Counted from the stretch's first letter, positions 1 through 12,465 are shown. The stretch is DNA of 64,000 nucleotides from Eledone cirrhosa (GCA_964016885.1 OZ024743.1:143592001-143656000); one strand, 5' to 3'. Notes: generated by a model from the sequence alone, not told the origin. Numbers and translations: made by a program.

Positions 1-830
1 GAGTCTAATATCTTTGTGTATGGAAAGCGCTTGGGAGTAGTAGAAACGTTTGTCTAGCTTGGAAGCGCAGTAAGCAGGTCTTTCAACCTGGATGATAAAG
101 TGAATTTCATGATTCTTTTGGAAAGCTTAAGGTGCATCTATGGTCACAACATAGGATCTAACTGCAGACAAAAGTAACTGTGCAACGCATGTGTTCTCAC
201 ACTGTTACTGTATGTTTGTGAAACATGGGTAACTTACAGGCATCACTACAAACAACTTGAAAGGTTTCACCAAACGAGTCTCAGAAGGATTGATGGAATT
301 GACTGGAGACACCGAGGTTCTTGAGAGAACTCACTGTGAGAGCATCGAATCTCTGGCTCTAAAAAAACATGCTGAGATGGAGTGATCACATGATGCGCAT
401 GGATGACAGCCGGCTTCCCAAGAGGATGTTGTATGGAGAAGTGGCCAGTGGAAAGCGACCACCTCAAACCCAGGAAGAGATACAAGGACTGTCTTAAAGA
501 GTCACTTATAGGAGCTAACATTAATATTGCAACATGGAAACTGAAGCCTTTGATGGAAGTAAATTGTGAACGATGGTGTATTTAGGAAAAAAGGTTTTCG
601 AGACATCTCGGGTACACAATGGGAAATTTAAAAAGAATACAGGCCTGCTGGCGGCCTAAAAAGGCACACCAAACTGCAATAATATTATATTGAGAGCGTT
701 ATCACCTGCCAACTATGTGTAAAACACTGTAAGTTACTGGCAGGACTAAAACGCCAAATTCGTTCGCAGCACCCACAGGACTCAAGCTGATGTCGTTTGA
801 CTGGCATACCCCGATCACGGGGTGGCTGCC
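1..830 (+). mobile_element. Degenerate 3' part of an RTE/BovB-like LINE
   Basis: Frameshifted translation gives RTE C-terminal motifs (VVETFV*LGS, LLYVCETW..YRHH.KQLERFHQ, RMDDSRLPKRMLYGE, PRKRYKDCLK); ends at a TA run. Confidence 0.7.
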
Positions 831-939
831 ATTATATATATGTATATAGGACCGGATTTAGACCTTAAAAGAGAAGGCGACTTAGTGTACTTCAGCTTTG
901 GTGAGCCCCTAATATATCAAACACTTTAAAGTCATTTCC

Positions 940-1426
940 CTGCTAAAGGTTGATTTTGTGGTCCACATGACAAGGTTCTACACTTTGCCATGTCAGCTGT
1001 CCCTCACCTCAAGACCACCCTGTGCTCTCAATCTCCAGTTATGTAATGTTGTTTTCCCCTTTTTTTACCTACCTTCACATTCATTTCCAACACTCATCTC
1101 ATCCAGCCACTTCCATCCTTCTTCAACTCATGATCCAAACATCTATTCCCATTTATCTTCGCAACATTCACCAATGCCCCTATTCCCACCATCCTCTACA
1201 CTTCATTGTCTCTGCTCACCCACTGAACCAATCTTATTTCTGTTCTTTCCATCCTTCTCTGCTGCTCCACATTCATAGCATGTGTCTCGTTCCCACAAAT
1301 CATGGTACTTCTTATACATGAAGCATACATATTATTCTTCAGTTTCAATGGCAATCCTCTCCTCATTAACACATCACTCAGATCCTGTAACTTCTTCCAA
1401 TTTTTGTGTATAGAACCTTCATTCAC
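940..1426 (-). mobile_element. 3' fragment of an RTE-clade LINE
   Basis: ORF 1196-1426 (WKKLQDLSDVLMRRGLPLKLKNNMYASCIRSTMICGNETH...MERTEIRLVQW) aligns by eye with the C-terminus of the RTE ORF at 15310-16674. Confidence 0.75.
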
Positions 1427-1829
1427 AAAAATTAAAACTCAGCAAATTACCAAATATATATTAAAAAGTCTATTTATTATTTCCATAATTGAAAATGTTA
1501 ATTTATACATACAACATTTAAATGCAAAAAAAAAAAATCAAATCAAAACAAAACAAAACAAATTCTCATGATTAAGCTGGTGTTTGAAAAATAACAAATG
1601 TTCTTACATAAAATTATGGTTGAATGTTTTTGGATAGATTTAAACTTTTTAAAACAAACTTTTATATTGTAGAAGCAGTTTCAGGTGGTTTTGTATATAT
1701 AAAAAAAAACAGTAATAGCTTATCAAACTACATTTTACTGACAAGGCTAGATTTTAAAATTCACTTGCGTTTCTCCTAATATTAATAATGGTAAATCTGG
1801 AAAAAAGTAAATAATTTCTCCAGTGGCAA

Positions 1830-2110
1830 CCTGGTGCAGTCTGCGATTAACCCAGGCTCTGCCGCACTTTGGGCCTAGGAGAGTAAACTCTCCAAATATC
1901 GGTCACTCTCCGACAGGTTTGTGGTCGAGCTAATAGCAGTAGAGATTTCTGGTGTCCTTGACCCTAGGACTACATCCCTACTCACCACCATCGGCACTGA
2001 GTTGGCTACTCACAGGTGTAAGCCTCGCGAGCTGGAATGGCTCCTCCAGCACGTCTCCCTCACCATCCACCGGGGGAACGCCTTCTCTATTCTGTTCGCC
2101 GGGGCAACGT
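1830..2110 (+). mobile_element. 3' end of a CRE-like (restriction-like endonuclease) non-LTR retrotransposon
   Basis: Translation KLSKYRSLSDRFVVELIAVEISGVLDPRT...PRELEWLLQHVSLTIHRGNAFSIL resembles the K-KY...AVE-G...QR-SLAI-RGNA C-terminus of CRE-type RLE elements. Confidence 0.6.
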
Positions 2111-2371
2111 GGTGTCCAGCTCGTGGGCCCTCATTTGCTTATATTAGTGAGGGATGGGGAGAGGGGGAGAGACGGAGGCAGTGTCTGTGGGAGTTTGGTT
2201 CCATTGTGTTCGGAAGTGGTGTATATGTATATATTTATTTACCACACACACATATACACATACATATACACATACATACACATACAAACAAACTAGCACA
2301 CAGTAACTGAAGTTGTTTCCCTTGCTCTTTTGTTTTTGCTTTTTTTCAATTTAAGTAGACAGTAAGCTCCG

Positions 2372-4300
2372 TCAGAAATGGTTTGTGCCCATATAAAAAT
2401 CATAGGACGAACAGAAAGGATGCCGAAAGAAGTCCCGTGGTACAAAGGACCAGTTACTTATTGATAAGATGGTAATGAGGAATTGCAAGAGGAGACACAC
2501 TGGTCTTGCCATGGGATGGATAGACTTCAAAAAGGCATTCGACATGGTACCCCATTCTTGGATAACCAAAAGCCTAGAGATCTTCAAGGTGGCAGATAAC
2601 ATCAGACAGTTGTTGAGCAAAAGTATGAAGTCCTGGAAAACAGTTAACATCGGGTGGAAAATCCTTGGGAGGCGTGAAGATCAAGAGAGGTATCTTCCAG
2701 GGAGATAGTTTGTCCCCTCTGCTGTTTGTCTTTGCCCTGGTACCTCTGACCATTATACTGCGAAAAGTGAGAGCTTACCATCAATCACCTCCTCTTCATG
2801 GACGATCTTAAGCTCTTCGGGAAGAGTGAGAAGGAGTTGATTGTGCTTGTTGACACTGTCCGTATTTTCAGCAATGATATATGTATGCAATTTGGTATTA
2901 GTAAGAGTGGAGTCCTAGTGATAAAGAGGGGTAAATTGAGCAGAAGCAACGGAATCCAGGTACCAACAGGTGAGATGATAAAGGAAATTGACACTGAAGA
3001 AGGATACAAATATTTAGGTGTTCTGGAGGCAGATGACATCAAGAACAAAAAGATGAAGGAATTAATAAGATCTGAGTACATTCGGAGAGTAAGGAGCGTA
3101 TTAAAATCACATCTGAACAGTAGGAATGCCATAAGTGCAGTAAATTCCCGAGCTGTGTCTATTATTAGGTACAGTGCGGGAATTCTGAAATGGAATGTTG
3201 CTGAACAAAAAGAAATGGATAGGAAGACTAGGAAGCTATTGACTATCTACAACATGTTCCACAAGAGGAGTGATGTCGATAGACTCTACTTAAGGAGATC
3301 TGAAGGTGGAAGAGGTCTTATCAGCATAGGACTGTGTTCAGATGGAGAAAAACAACCTACACAAATACGTGACTGACAGTAGGGAGCCAATGCTCAGAAT
3401 TGTACTGAAGGAGAGGACAATAGACCAGGGATGTCCAAGGAGGAAATAACAACAAGGAGGAAGAGCAACCTTCATGAAAAATCCCTTCATAGTACCTTCT
3501 TTGAGAAAACTGAATTTAGAGATCCACAGACATGGAACTGGTTGAAAAGAGGAGACCTTAAAAAGGCTACAGAAGGAATGCTAATGGCTGCGCAAGAGCA
3601 GGTCCTCAAAACGAAGTGGGTGAAACACCATATTTACAAGGAGGAGGCTAGCCCACTGTGTAGGATCTGTGGAGAGAGAGAGAGGAGACTGTGGCTCACA
3701 TTGTATCCGAGTGTAAACACCTAGCCCAGACTCGCTATAAAGGCTGGAGACATGATGTGATGGGCAGGGTGATCCACTGGCATCTATGCAAAGTAAACAA
3801 TTTACTACATTCTGAGAAGTAGTATGAACATAAGCCAGAGTCGGTGATCGAAAACGATCAGGTGAAGGTGTTATGGGATTTTAGGATACAGAAAATGGTT
3901 TTGGACAAGGTAAAAAGATCGTGCCTGATTGTGGATGTAGCCTGCCCATTCGACACGAGAGTGCAAGAGAAGGAGAGGGAGAAAATTAACTGATACCAGG
4001 ACTTAAAGTGGGAGGTAAAAAGGATTTGGAACTGCCATGAAGTCAAAATGGTCCCGATTGTCATAGGCACACTAGGTACTATCTCAAAGAGTTTCCAAGG
4101 ATGGTTAAAGAAAATTAGTCCAGCCCCGCATTTTGGAACACTTCAAAAGGCATGCTTGCTGGGAACAGCAAGAACCCTCCGATACGTCCTGAATATCTGA
4201 AGCTGCAGGTAGTGGCTTGATATTCATTTCAACAAACTTTCCAGTTAAATAACATCAATGACTGAGACTCAAAGAACAATAATAATAATAATAATAATAA
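2372..4300 (+). mobile_element. 5'-truncated, frameshifted R4/Dong-clade non-LTR retrotransposon (RT, CCHC finger, RLE) ending in (AAT)n
   Basis: [92 protein letters not shown]; (AAT)n at 4279-4300. Confidence 0.8.
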
Positions 4301-4357
4301 TTGTTTCTACTTTAGGCACAAGGCCAGCAATTCCCCAGTACATAATAATAATAATAA

Positions 4358-5297
4358 CAACAAAGCAAGAACTGCTACAGAAACTGGCTAAGAAATGGCA
4401 AGAAAAGCCTCTGTATGGAAAATACCCAGAAAGAGCTAACATCCTGATGTTGACAAAACTTTAACCCATCAGTGGTTGGCATCCTCTGGACTGAAATCGG
4501 AGACTGAAGGACTGATTATATCAGCACAAGATCAGTGTCTGCCAACAAAAAAATTATCAAGCCAACATAATAAAAAATGGATGCAACCCATTATGCCGTG
4601 TATGTAAAAAACAACCAGAAACCATTGATCATATAATTTCAATGTGCAGCCCTATAGTTCCAACCGAATACCTAAACAGGCACGACAGAGCTGCACAATA
4701 CATACATTGGATAATGTGTAAGCATTTTGTCCTGCCCCATCAAAAGAATTGGTGGGAGCATCAACCACCTCCCATACTTGAAAAAGATCACATCTCAATC
4801 TTGTGGAACTTTAGCATCCAAACAGACCGAAAAATAGATGCAAATAGACCTGATATAATACTGAAGGACTTTAAAAAGAGGGTATGCCTGCTAATTGATA
4901 TGTCCGTTCCAATAGACAAGAATGTATCTATAAAAATATTTAAAAATTGAGCAAGTTAAGGACCTGGAGATAGTAATTGGAAAAATGTGGAAGTTGAGAA
5001 CTAAAACAATACCAGTGATTGTAGGCGCTCTAGAAATGATACCTAGGGGGTCTAATGACTACTTATCCCAAATCCCAGGAAACCCGCGAATAGAAGAAAT
5101 ACAAAAGATAGTACTAATGGGAACTGCCCATATACTAAGCAAGATTCTGTCAATATAAGTACATCACAAGTCTAAACACTAAAGATGCATGTGTGAGTAT
5201 GTATGTTCTTTCTTGAACACGGCGGACCTTGTTGTCTCTTGAGGTCACTGGTTGTGACTTGGTGATAACTAGTATGAACATAAAGCAAGATAAATGC

Positions 5298-5330
<33 letters not shown>
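4358..5330 (+). mobile_element. Second, different R4/Dong 3' fragment flanked by (AAT)n on both sides
   Basis: LKSETEGLIISAQDQCL, CRVCKKQPETIDHIISMC, YLNRHD, NRPDIILKD, LLIDMSVP; (AAT)n at 4342-4357 and 5298-5330. Confidence 0.8.
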
Positions 5331-5514
5331 TGTTTTTACTTGTGGCACAAGGCCAACAATTATCCCAGTGTATTACTGGTACTTTATTTTATCGACCCCG
5401 TAAGGATGAAAGGCAAAGTTAACCTTGGCGGGATTTGAACTCAGAATGGCAAGGACCGTAACTCTATGCATCAAAGCATGGCGTCCGATCCTCTACCGAT
5501 AGTGCCAATCCACC
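5331..5514 (-). mobile_element. tRNA-derived SINE (family A, Meta-domain-like centre)
   Basis: Reverse complement of the copy at 9675-9866: B-box GAGTTCAAATCC, core GCCTTTCATCCTTACGGGGTCGATAAAA, tail GGCCTTGTGCC...AAACAATT(ATT)n. Confidence 0.75.
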
Positions 5515-5525
5515 AATAATAATAA

Positions 5526-5738
5526 TGATTTCTAGTATAGGCACAAGGCCAGTAATTTAGGGGAGAGGAAAGTCGATTAAATCGACCCAGTACGTTACTG
5601 GTGTTTTATTTTATCGACCCTGTAAGGATAAAAGGCAAAGATAACCTCGACAGGATTTGAACTCAGTACGTAAAAGGGCGTAACTCTATGCCGTGAAGCA
5701 TTGTGCTCGACGCTCTACTGATGCTACCAACACCACCC
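5526..5738 (-). mobile_element. tRNA-derived SINE (family A)
   Basis: Same B-box, core and tail as 9675-9866; tandem with the previous copy. Confidence 0.75.
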
Positions 5739-6564
5739 TTGGTAGTATCGGTCTATGTATATGTATGTAGATATAGTCATTTACTTTTTCCAGCTGGCGG
5801 ACTTTGGCTATGCCAGGGTGCCACCATTTTTGCTACAATTTCTATGACAATCCTTTCTTGGTTGACCTTTGTACTTTGATCTCGTTACCCTTAATTGTGT
5901 TCCTTGTCACAGTGCTGGCTCATTTGGGATCCTAGATTGCAGAATGTCAAGATACTCCTTGAAAAAATTTACATCCGTTCCTTAAAAATCAAAGTTCCAT
6001 CAACAGAATTTAATCGACATCGGATATGCAGCATTACACCACAAACTTTCGAAAAATCTCGCCTATTTTCTTCATCTTGCTTTCATATTGAATTTGCATT
6101 GTCCATGTGTTTTAAGAGGACAATTCAATCCTTTATGAGAGTAGTATGAATGTCACAGATTCTCACACCATGCTGCCCAAGAAGTTATGCATAAAAGGTG
6201 AAAGAGAGAAAGTGGTGATGTTTTAGGCGTATTAACTATTCTTTCTTCGCAGAGGAGATCTATCTAGATGGAAACATCTTCGTTGCTTTCATCTCTTGAA
6301 TTTAAATGTAAGACCACTCTTCAGTGAATTGTTTTTGTTTTCAAAAATATTGCATTAGCTGCCTTATTTATCTCCCTTACCTACTATTTTTAGATCTTAA
6401 ACACTCCTAACGGGTGGTTTATTATTTTTTTTATTGCAAAGATAATATCAACTAATTAAAGATTTTCCTCGCATATATATTACATATGCGTGACTCTACC
6501 ATTATTTGTTTATATGTTCTTTTATTCTTTTATTTGACTGAGACCATCTTGGGGCATACATCAC

Positions 6565-6678
<114 letters not shown>

Positions 6679-6769
6679 AGTGCATGCTCTTCTCGTATAC
6701 CGTATCTATTTATCTCTCTCTCTATATATATATATGGGCCTTCTCTGTTTATAAACCTGTAGGTTAAAG

Positions 6770-7000
6770 AAGAGAGCAAAGGGAAGAAGGGAGCACTTGT
6801 ACTCCTGAAGTTGAGGGTTGTTCTATCGACGGGTTATTGAACAACCCATTTGTGGCGCTTCCCCCCTATTGGGGATTTCGATTATTATAATTGTTTGTTT
6901 CAATATTTTTACACGACTGTATGTAAAATTCCCAGCATGTGTCTTTGTGTTGTCCCCTTTTCTTGTGCGCCCTTGTGGCAAATAAAGAAATCTATCTATC
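6770..7000 (+). mobile_element. Probable 3' UTR of a LINE (L1/Tx1-like)
   Basis: Ends in GCAAATAAAGAAA followed by (TCTA)n and sits between microsatellites; no protein evidence. Confidence 0.3.
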
Positions 7001-7016
7001 TAAATGTCTGTCTGTC

Positions 7017-7058
<42 letters not shown>

Positions 7059-7068
7059 TATATACATA

Positions 7069-7125
<57 letters not shown>

Positions 7126-7127
<2 letters not shown>

Positions 7128-7324
7128 CAAAGGAATTGTGGTAAGGAACCAGATGGACCATAACGCACAAGAGTACTCAATACTTAGGGTAGTAGAGTGG
7201 GAAATAGGAAAAAGTATGACCCCGACGGCAGAGGTCAAGCCGTTTCGACGGCTATTATATTCCACTTTAGTCCAGAAATAGCCGTCGAAACGGCTTGAGC
7301 TCTACCGTCGGGGTCATACTTTTT

Positions 7325-7329
<5 letters not shown>
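7126..7329 (-). mobile_element. Penelope-like 3' terminus with 53-bp fold-back and partial hammerhead ribozyme, in (TA)n
   Basis: Inverted arms 7204-7256 and 7277-7329 (2 mismatches); GAAA-CGG...CCG-TC (stem III and GUC triplet) at 7287-7309; homologous to 41501-41598. Confidence 0.65.
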
Positions 7330-7371
<42 letters not shown>

Positions 7372-7377
<6 letters not shown>

Positions 7378-7505
7378 GGAGAGAGAATACAAGAGATGGT
7401 TGCTTCCAGAAAAAAAGGGAATAGAATCCATATGCGATATATATTTTTTACTGAGGGAACATTTACACACCGGGACTAATCAGTTTCATCTCAGTTGGGA
7501 ATCAT
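7372..7505 (-). mobile_element. Possible degenerate Penelope-like 3' terminus
   Basis: Minus strand TGATTCCCAACTGAGAT-GAAA-CTGATTAGTCCCGG resembles the ribozyme region at 11381-11418 but the core is damaged; flanked by TA-rich repeats. Confidence 0.35.
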
Positions 7506-7519
7506 TATCATCATCATCA

Positions 7520-8080
<561 letters not shown>

Positions 8081-8212
8081 TAATTATGACTGTGTATTCC
8101 TCCACGCTTCACAAGAACGTAAACAAATCTAAACCACACCTATGCCACCTACGAATCCAAAGAGAAGCAAACGACAACCATTCTTTCACGATCATATCAT
8201 CACCACTACATA

Positions 8213-8301
<89 letters not shown>

Positions 8302-8547
8302 TATATTAGACACAACCACCTATATTAATGAGTGCTAAATTTCAACCAAGCGCTTCGCTCCTTTATTCCACGGTACAATCAACCCAAATCACAAAACTCT
8401 ACATGACCCATAAATTAAATCCAAACACATCATTCGAAACTGTACCCTTGTTCTCTCAGCCAAACAACAACCAGCCTGCACTAATTACTGGTATGTGTGT
8501 GTGTAAGTATGTGTGTGTATGTGTGTGTGTGTGTGTGGGGGGGGGGG

Positions 8548-8797
8548 TTATGTCATCAGGCTGCAGCCGTTGTATTACATGGTTTCTACATTACTCTACA
8601 ACGACAGCGTGTGTGTGTGTGTGTATGCGTATGTGTGTGTGTGAGAGAGAGGTTTATGTCATCAGGCTGCAGCCATCGTATTACATAGTTTCCATATTAC
8701 CCTACAATGACAGTGTGTATGTGTGTAAGGGGGCGATTTATGTCATCAGGCTGCAGCTGTTGTATTACATAGTTTCTACATTACTCTGTAACGACAG

Positions 8798-8836
<39 letters not shown>
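8548..8836. repeat. Three diverged about 60-bp units separated by (GT)-rich spacers
   Basis: TTATGTCATCAGGCTGCAGC..GTATTACAT.GTTTC.A.ATTAC.CT..AA.GACAG at about 8548, 8654 and 8738. Confidence 0.8.
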
Positions 8837-8839
<3 letters not shown>

Positions 8840-8849
8840 GACGCCTGAA

Positions 8850-9562
8850 TATAGTGTTTGGCTCGCAACTGTAAAGTCTTGAGTGCGATTTCCAGTCCTG
8901 ACGGTGCGTTGTGTCCTAGAGTAACGCATTTTATTTCACTCAGCTTGGAGAAAAAATACGAGTTGTACTTGTAATTCAAAGGACAAGCCTTGACATAAAC
9001 TATGTCACATTGGAATACGAGTTGTACTTGTAATTCAAAGGACAAGCCTTGACATAAACTATGTCACGTTGGAATACGAGTTGTACTTGTAATTCAAAGG
9101 ACAAGCCTTGACATAAACTATGTCACGTTGGAATACGAGTTGTACTTGTAATTCAAGGGACAAGCCTTGACATAAACTATGTCACATTGGAATACGAGTT
9201 GTACTTGTAATTCAAAGGACAAGCCTTGACATAAACTATGTCACATTGGAATACGAGTTGTACTTGTAATTCAAAGGACAAGCCTTGACATAAACTATGT
9301 CACGTTGGAATACGAGTTGTACTTGTAATTCAAAGGACAAGCCTTGACATAAACTATGTCACGTTGGAATACGAGTTGTACTTGTAATTCAAGGGACAAG
9401 CCTTGACATAAACTATGTCACGTTGGATTTCCATGAGAAGTACGTTAAGAGTACATATTTCCGTGGAACGTTTAGTCACTTAAAAGTTAATTTTTCGGTT
9501 TATTGTTCGGTTTATCAAACATATGGACACTCGTTCTCTTAACAGACCGAAAGTCCAACAAC
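8850..9562 (+). mobile_element. tRNA-derived SINE (family B) containing an internal 59-bp minisatellite
   Basis: Degenerate tRNA-like head at 8850-8940; body homologous to 53585-53860 (+) and about 55050-55150 (-). Confidence 0.55.
8955..9427. repeat. 59-bp tandem repeat, about 8 near-identical copies
   Basis: Unit TTGGAATACGAGTTGTACTTGTAATTCAARGGACAAGCCTTGACATAAACTATGTCACR; register shifts 1 nt per 60-nt line. Confidence 0.95.
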
Positions 9563-9563
9563 T

Positions 9564-9657
<94 letters not shown>

Positions 9658-9674
9658 CAACCATTATAAATCAC

Positions 9675-9866
9675 TGGCGGTGGATTGGCAGTATCGGTAG
9701 AGGGTCGGACACCATGCTTTGCAGCATAGAGTTACGGCCCTTGCCATTCTGAGTTCAAATCCCGCCGAGGTTAACTTTGCCTTTCATCCTTACGGGGTCG
9801 ATAAAATGAAGCACCAGTAATGCACTTGGATAATTGCTGGCCTTGTGCCAAAAGTAGAAACAATTA
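9675..9866 (+). mobile_element. Full-length tRNA-derived SINE (family A)
   Basis: A-box-like GGCGGTGGATTGGCAG, B-box GAGTTCAAATCCC, core GCCTTTCATCCTTACGGGGTCGATAAAA, tail GTAGAAACAATTAT; more than a dozen homologues in the window. Confidence 0.8.
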
Positions 9867-10290
9867 TAATCACTTGGGATCAAAAAGAACAAACAACTTC
9901 ACTGAAAATACGCGATCTCAAATTAGTATTCATAATACATCATATCATAGTAAAATGTTAGCCATTAATTTACATATAACACAAAAGTAAAACAGCTTCT
10001 TAAGTTAATGTTACTTCATATTGCACTGTTTTTATTAAGTGTACATAACACACGAGTTTTAAATATAACAAAATATAAATGTTAACAATTTCGTACTGAG
10101 ATTTGCACCAGAAATATAGTATCGATTACTGAAATAGTGAAATGTCATCACACACACACACACATATATATATGTATATATATATATGGACGGCTGTCGA
10201 TAAAGCATGAGCTATAGACATTCTCTGCAACAGAGTATGTTATATGTATGTGTGTGTGTGTGTGTATACACCCCCCCCCCCCATATATAT

Positions 10291-10351
<61 letters not shown>

Positions 10352-10512
10352 TTTCACAAACACCGTACTTTAAAATATGCTTAATGACAACATGCGCAAT
10401 GGAATAATCGAGCAAATTCTACGCAAAGATTATTTGGTGAGTGCTTTATACACGTGTACACACACATATATACATATGCATATAGAATGAAACAGTTCTA
10501 GTCCTGTAGAAT

Positions 10513-10570
<58 letters not shown>

Positions 10571-10574
10571 ATAG

Positions 10575-10654
<80 letters not shown>

Positions 10655-10844
10655 CAGACAAAATAGTTTGTCACATATGGTTGCATTCTAATTCAAATCC
10701 TTGTTATCCAAGTCGTCTTTACCTTTTCATATTTATCGAGATCGATAAAATAAGCACCAAACTACAAATACTGTTATGAATACATTTTATGTTCGTCTGT
10801 ACATTTGTGAGTGTCGACCCAGCAGAACACAAAGACTGAAAGCA

Positions 10845-10877
<33 letters not shown>

Positions 10878-10886
<9 letters not shown>

Positions 10887-11279
10887 CTTAGTTGAAGAAC
10901 TCAGTCGACCAAGTTTAACTGAGTGCTGGATACGTAGTAATTGTGGTTCATCACGAAAATATTTTCATTGAACTAAAAGCCTACATACAAACACACACAA
11001 ACACACGCACACACACATATATGTGCGTGTGTGTGCGTGTGTGTGTGTGTTTGTGTGTATATGTATGTAGGCTTTCAGTTCAATGAAAATATTTTACATA
11101 CACACACAAACATACATACACACACAAACACGCGCACACATATGTGTGTGTGTGCGTGTGTTTGTGTGTGTTTGTATGTAGGCTTTTAGTTCAATGAAAA
11201 TATTTTCGTCATGAAGCATAATTAATACGTATCCAGCACTCAGTAAACCTTGGTCGACTGAGTTCTTCAACTAAGAAAT

Positions 11280-11285
<6 letters not shown>
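10878..11285. repeat. Nested inverted repeat (arms about 10878-11020 and 11140-11285) with an inner re-inverted copy
   Basis: TTTCTTAGTTGAAGAACTCAGTCGACCAAG at 10884 pairs with CTTGGTCGACTGAGTTCTTCAACTAAGAAA at 11249; GTAGGCTT..AGTTCAATGAAAATATTTT occurs at about 11066 and 11178. Confidence 0.9.
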
Positions 11286-11312
<27 letters not shown>

Positions 11313-11316
<4 letters not shown>

Positions 11317-11508
11317 TTAATATAGATGAGATTCTACAGGACTAGAACTGTTTCATTCTTTAGAAATCATCAGAGATTCCTGATGATTTCTAAAGAATGA
11401 AACAGTTCTAGTCCTGTAGAATCTCATCTATATTAAAACTTTTATACTCTACAATGTATTGAGTACCTTACTTACTGTGGTTACCTCCGATTCAACCCGG
11501 AATAACGT
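11313..11508 (+). mobile_element. Penelope-like 3' terminus with a perfect 61-bp fold-back, in (TA)n
   Basis: Arms 11313-11373 and 11380-11440, loop AGATTC; contains a hammerhead; (TA)n on both sides. Confidence 0.75.
11374..11424 (+). ncRNA. Type I hammerhead ribozyme
   Basis: Stem I AGATTC / CTGATGA / stem II TTTC-TAAA-GAAT / GAAA / stem III CAG-TTCTAGTC-CTG / TA / stem I' GAATCT. Confidence 0.8.
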
Positions 11509-11533
11509 ATATATATATATATATATATATATA

Positions 11534-11988
11534 TGGAAAGTTATATTTAAAATTGTTGGGTTACAACTAGTAAATATTTATAACTGATATAAAAGCACTC
11601 GACAAATATTTGGAGTATATTTACAATATTAAATAAATGGAAACTATATTTATAAAACCATATCTATTTCATTATATATATTTCGGGGATATCATATTAA
11701 CAATATGCTATGCCTTCCTCAGACAAAATACAATATAAACAGTTTTATAGATAAATAGATTCGACATACCGTAATAACACCGACTTGCATTTGAAGAGGT
11801 TAAACTGCCAGTTTAACCTCTTCAAATGCAAGTCGGTGTTATTACGGTATGTCGAATCTATTTATCTATAAAACTGTTTATATTGTATTTTGTCTGAGGA
11901 AGGCATAGCATATTGTTAATATGATATCCCCGAAATATATATAATGAAATAGATATGGTTTTATAAATATAGTTTCCATTTATTTAAT

Positions 11989-11994
<6 letters not shown>
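11534..11994 (-). mobile_element. Penelope-like 3' terminus with a 186-bp perfect palindrome, in (TA)n
   Basis: Arms 11622-11807 and 11809-11994 with a 1-nt spacer; hammerhead on both arms; related to 59615-60095. Confidence 0.75.
11887..11950 (+). ncRNA. Type I minimal hammerhead ribozyme (mirror copy on the - strand at about 11666-11729)
   Basis: ATTTTGT / CTGAGGA / stem II containing CATATT-GTT-AATATG / GAAA / palindromic TATATA / TA / ATGAAAT (stem I uses two G:U pairs). Confidence 0.7.
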
Positions 11995-12034
<40 letters not shown>

Positions 12035-12035
<1 letters not shown>

Positions 12036-12168
12036 CCAAGGTTAACATATGTTGATGCCCTAAGGACAGACACTGGTCTGTTGGAGATGCAGGATATGGC
12101 AGCGATAATGAGGGACAGAGACCGCTGGAGAGAACTCGTCCATGGATCTCGGGAATTTTACCCGCCTT

Positions 12169-12170
<2 letters not shown>
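12035..12170 (+). mobile_element. Short 3' end of an RTE-group LINE in (TA)n
   Basis: PRLTYVDALRTDTGLLEMQDMAAIMRDRDRWRELVHGSREFYPP*; near-identical copy at 18988-19140 (-). Confidence 0.65.
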
Positions 12171-12203
<33 letters not shown>

Positions 12204-12392
12204 TGCTTTCAGTCTTTGTGTTCTGCTGGGTCGACACTCACAAATGTACAGACGAACATAAAATGTATTCATAACAGTATTTGTAGTTTGGTGCTTATTT
12301 TATCGATCTTGATAAATATGAAAAGGTAAAGACGACTTGGATAACAAGGATTTGAATTAGAATGCAACCATATGTGACAAAGTATTTTGTCT

Positions 12393-12465
<73 letters not shown>

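Noticed and set aside
5790-6200. Possible transposase or Helitron remnant
   Set aside because: No recognisable motif in any frame by eye; would need BLASTx.
8955-9427. CRISPR-like array (regular repeats with a hairpin)
   Set aside because: Units are contiguous with no unique spacers, no cas genes, eukaryotic context, and the unit derives from a SINE.
9675-9770. tRNA gene suggested by A/B boxes
   Set aside because: No cloverleaf; continues into a SINE core and tail and is multi-copy.
10895-10928. ACTC-N18-GAGTGC hairpin resembling the Penelope-like 3' motif
   Set aside because: No ribozyme nearby and position relative to (TA)n differs from the other cases; may be coincidental.
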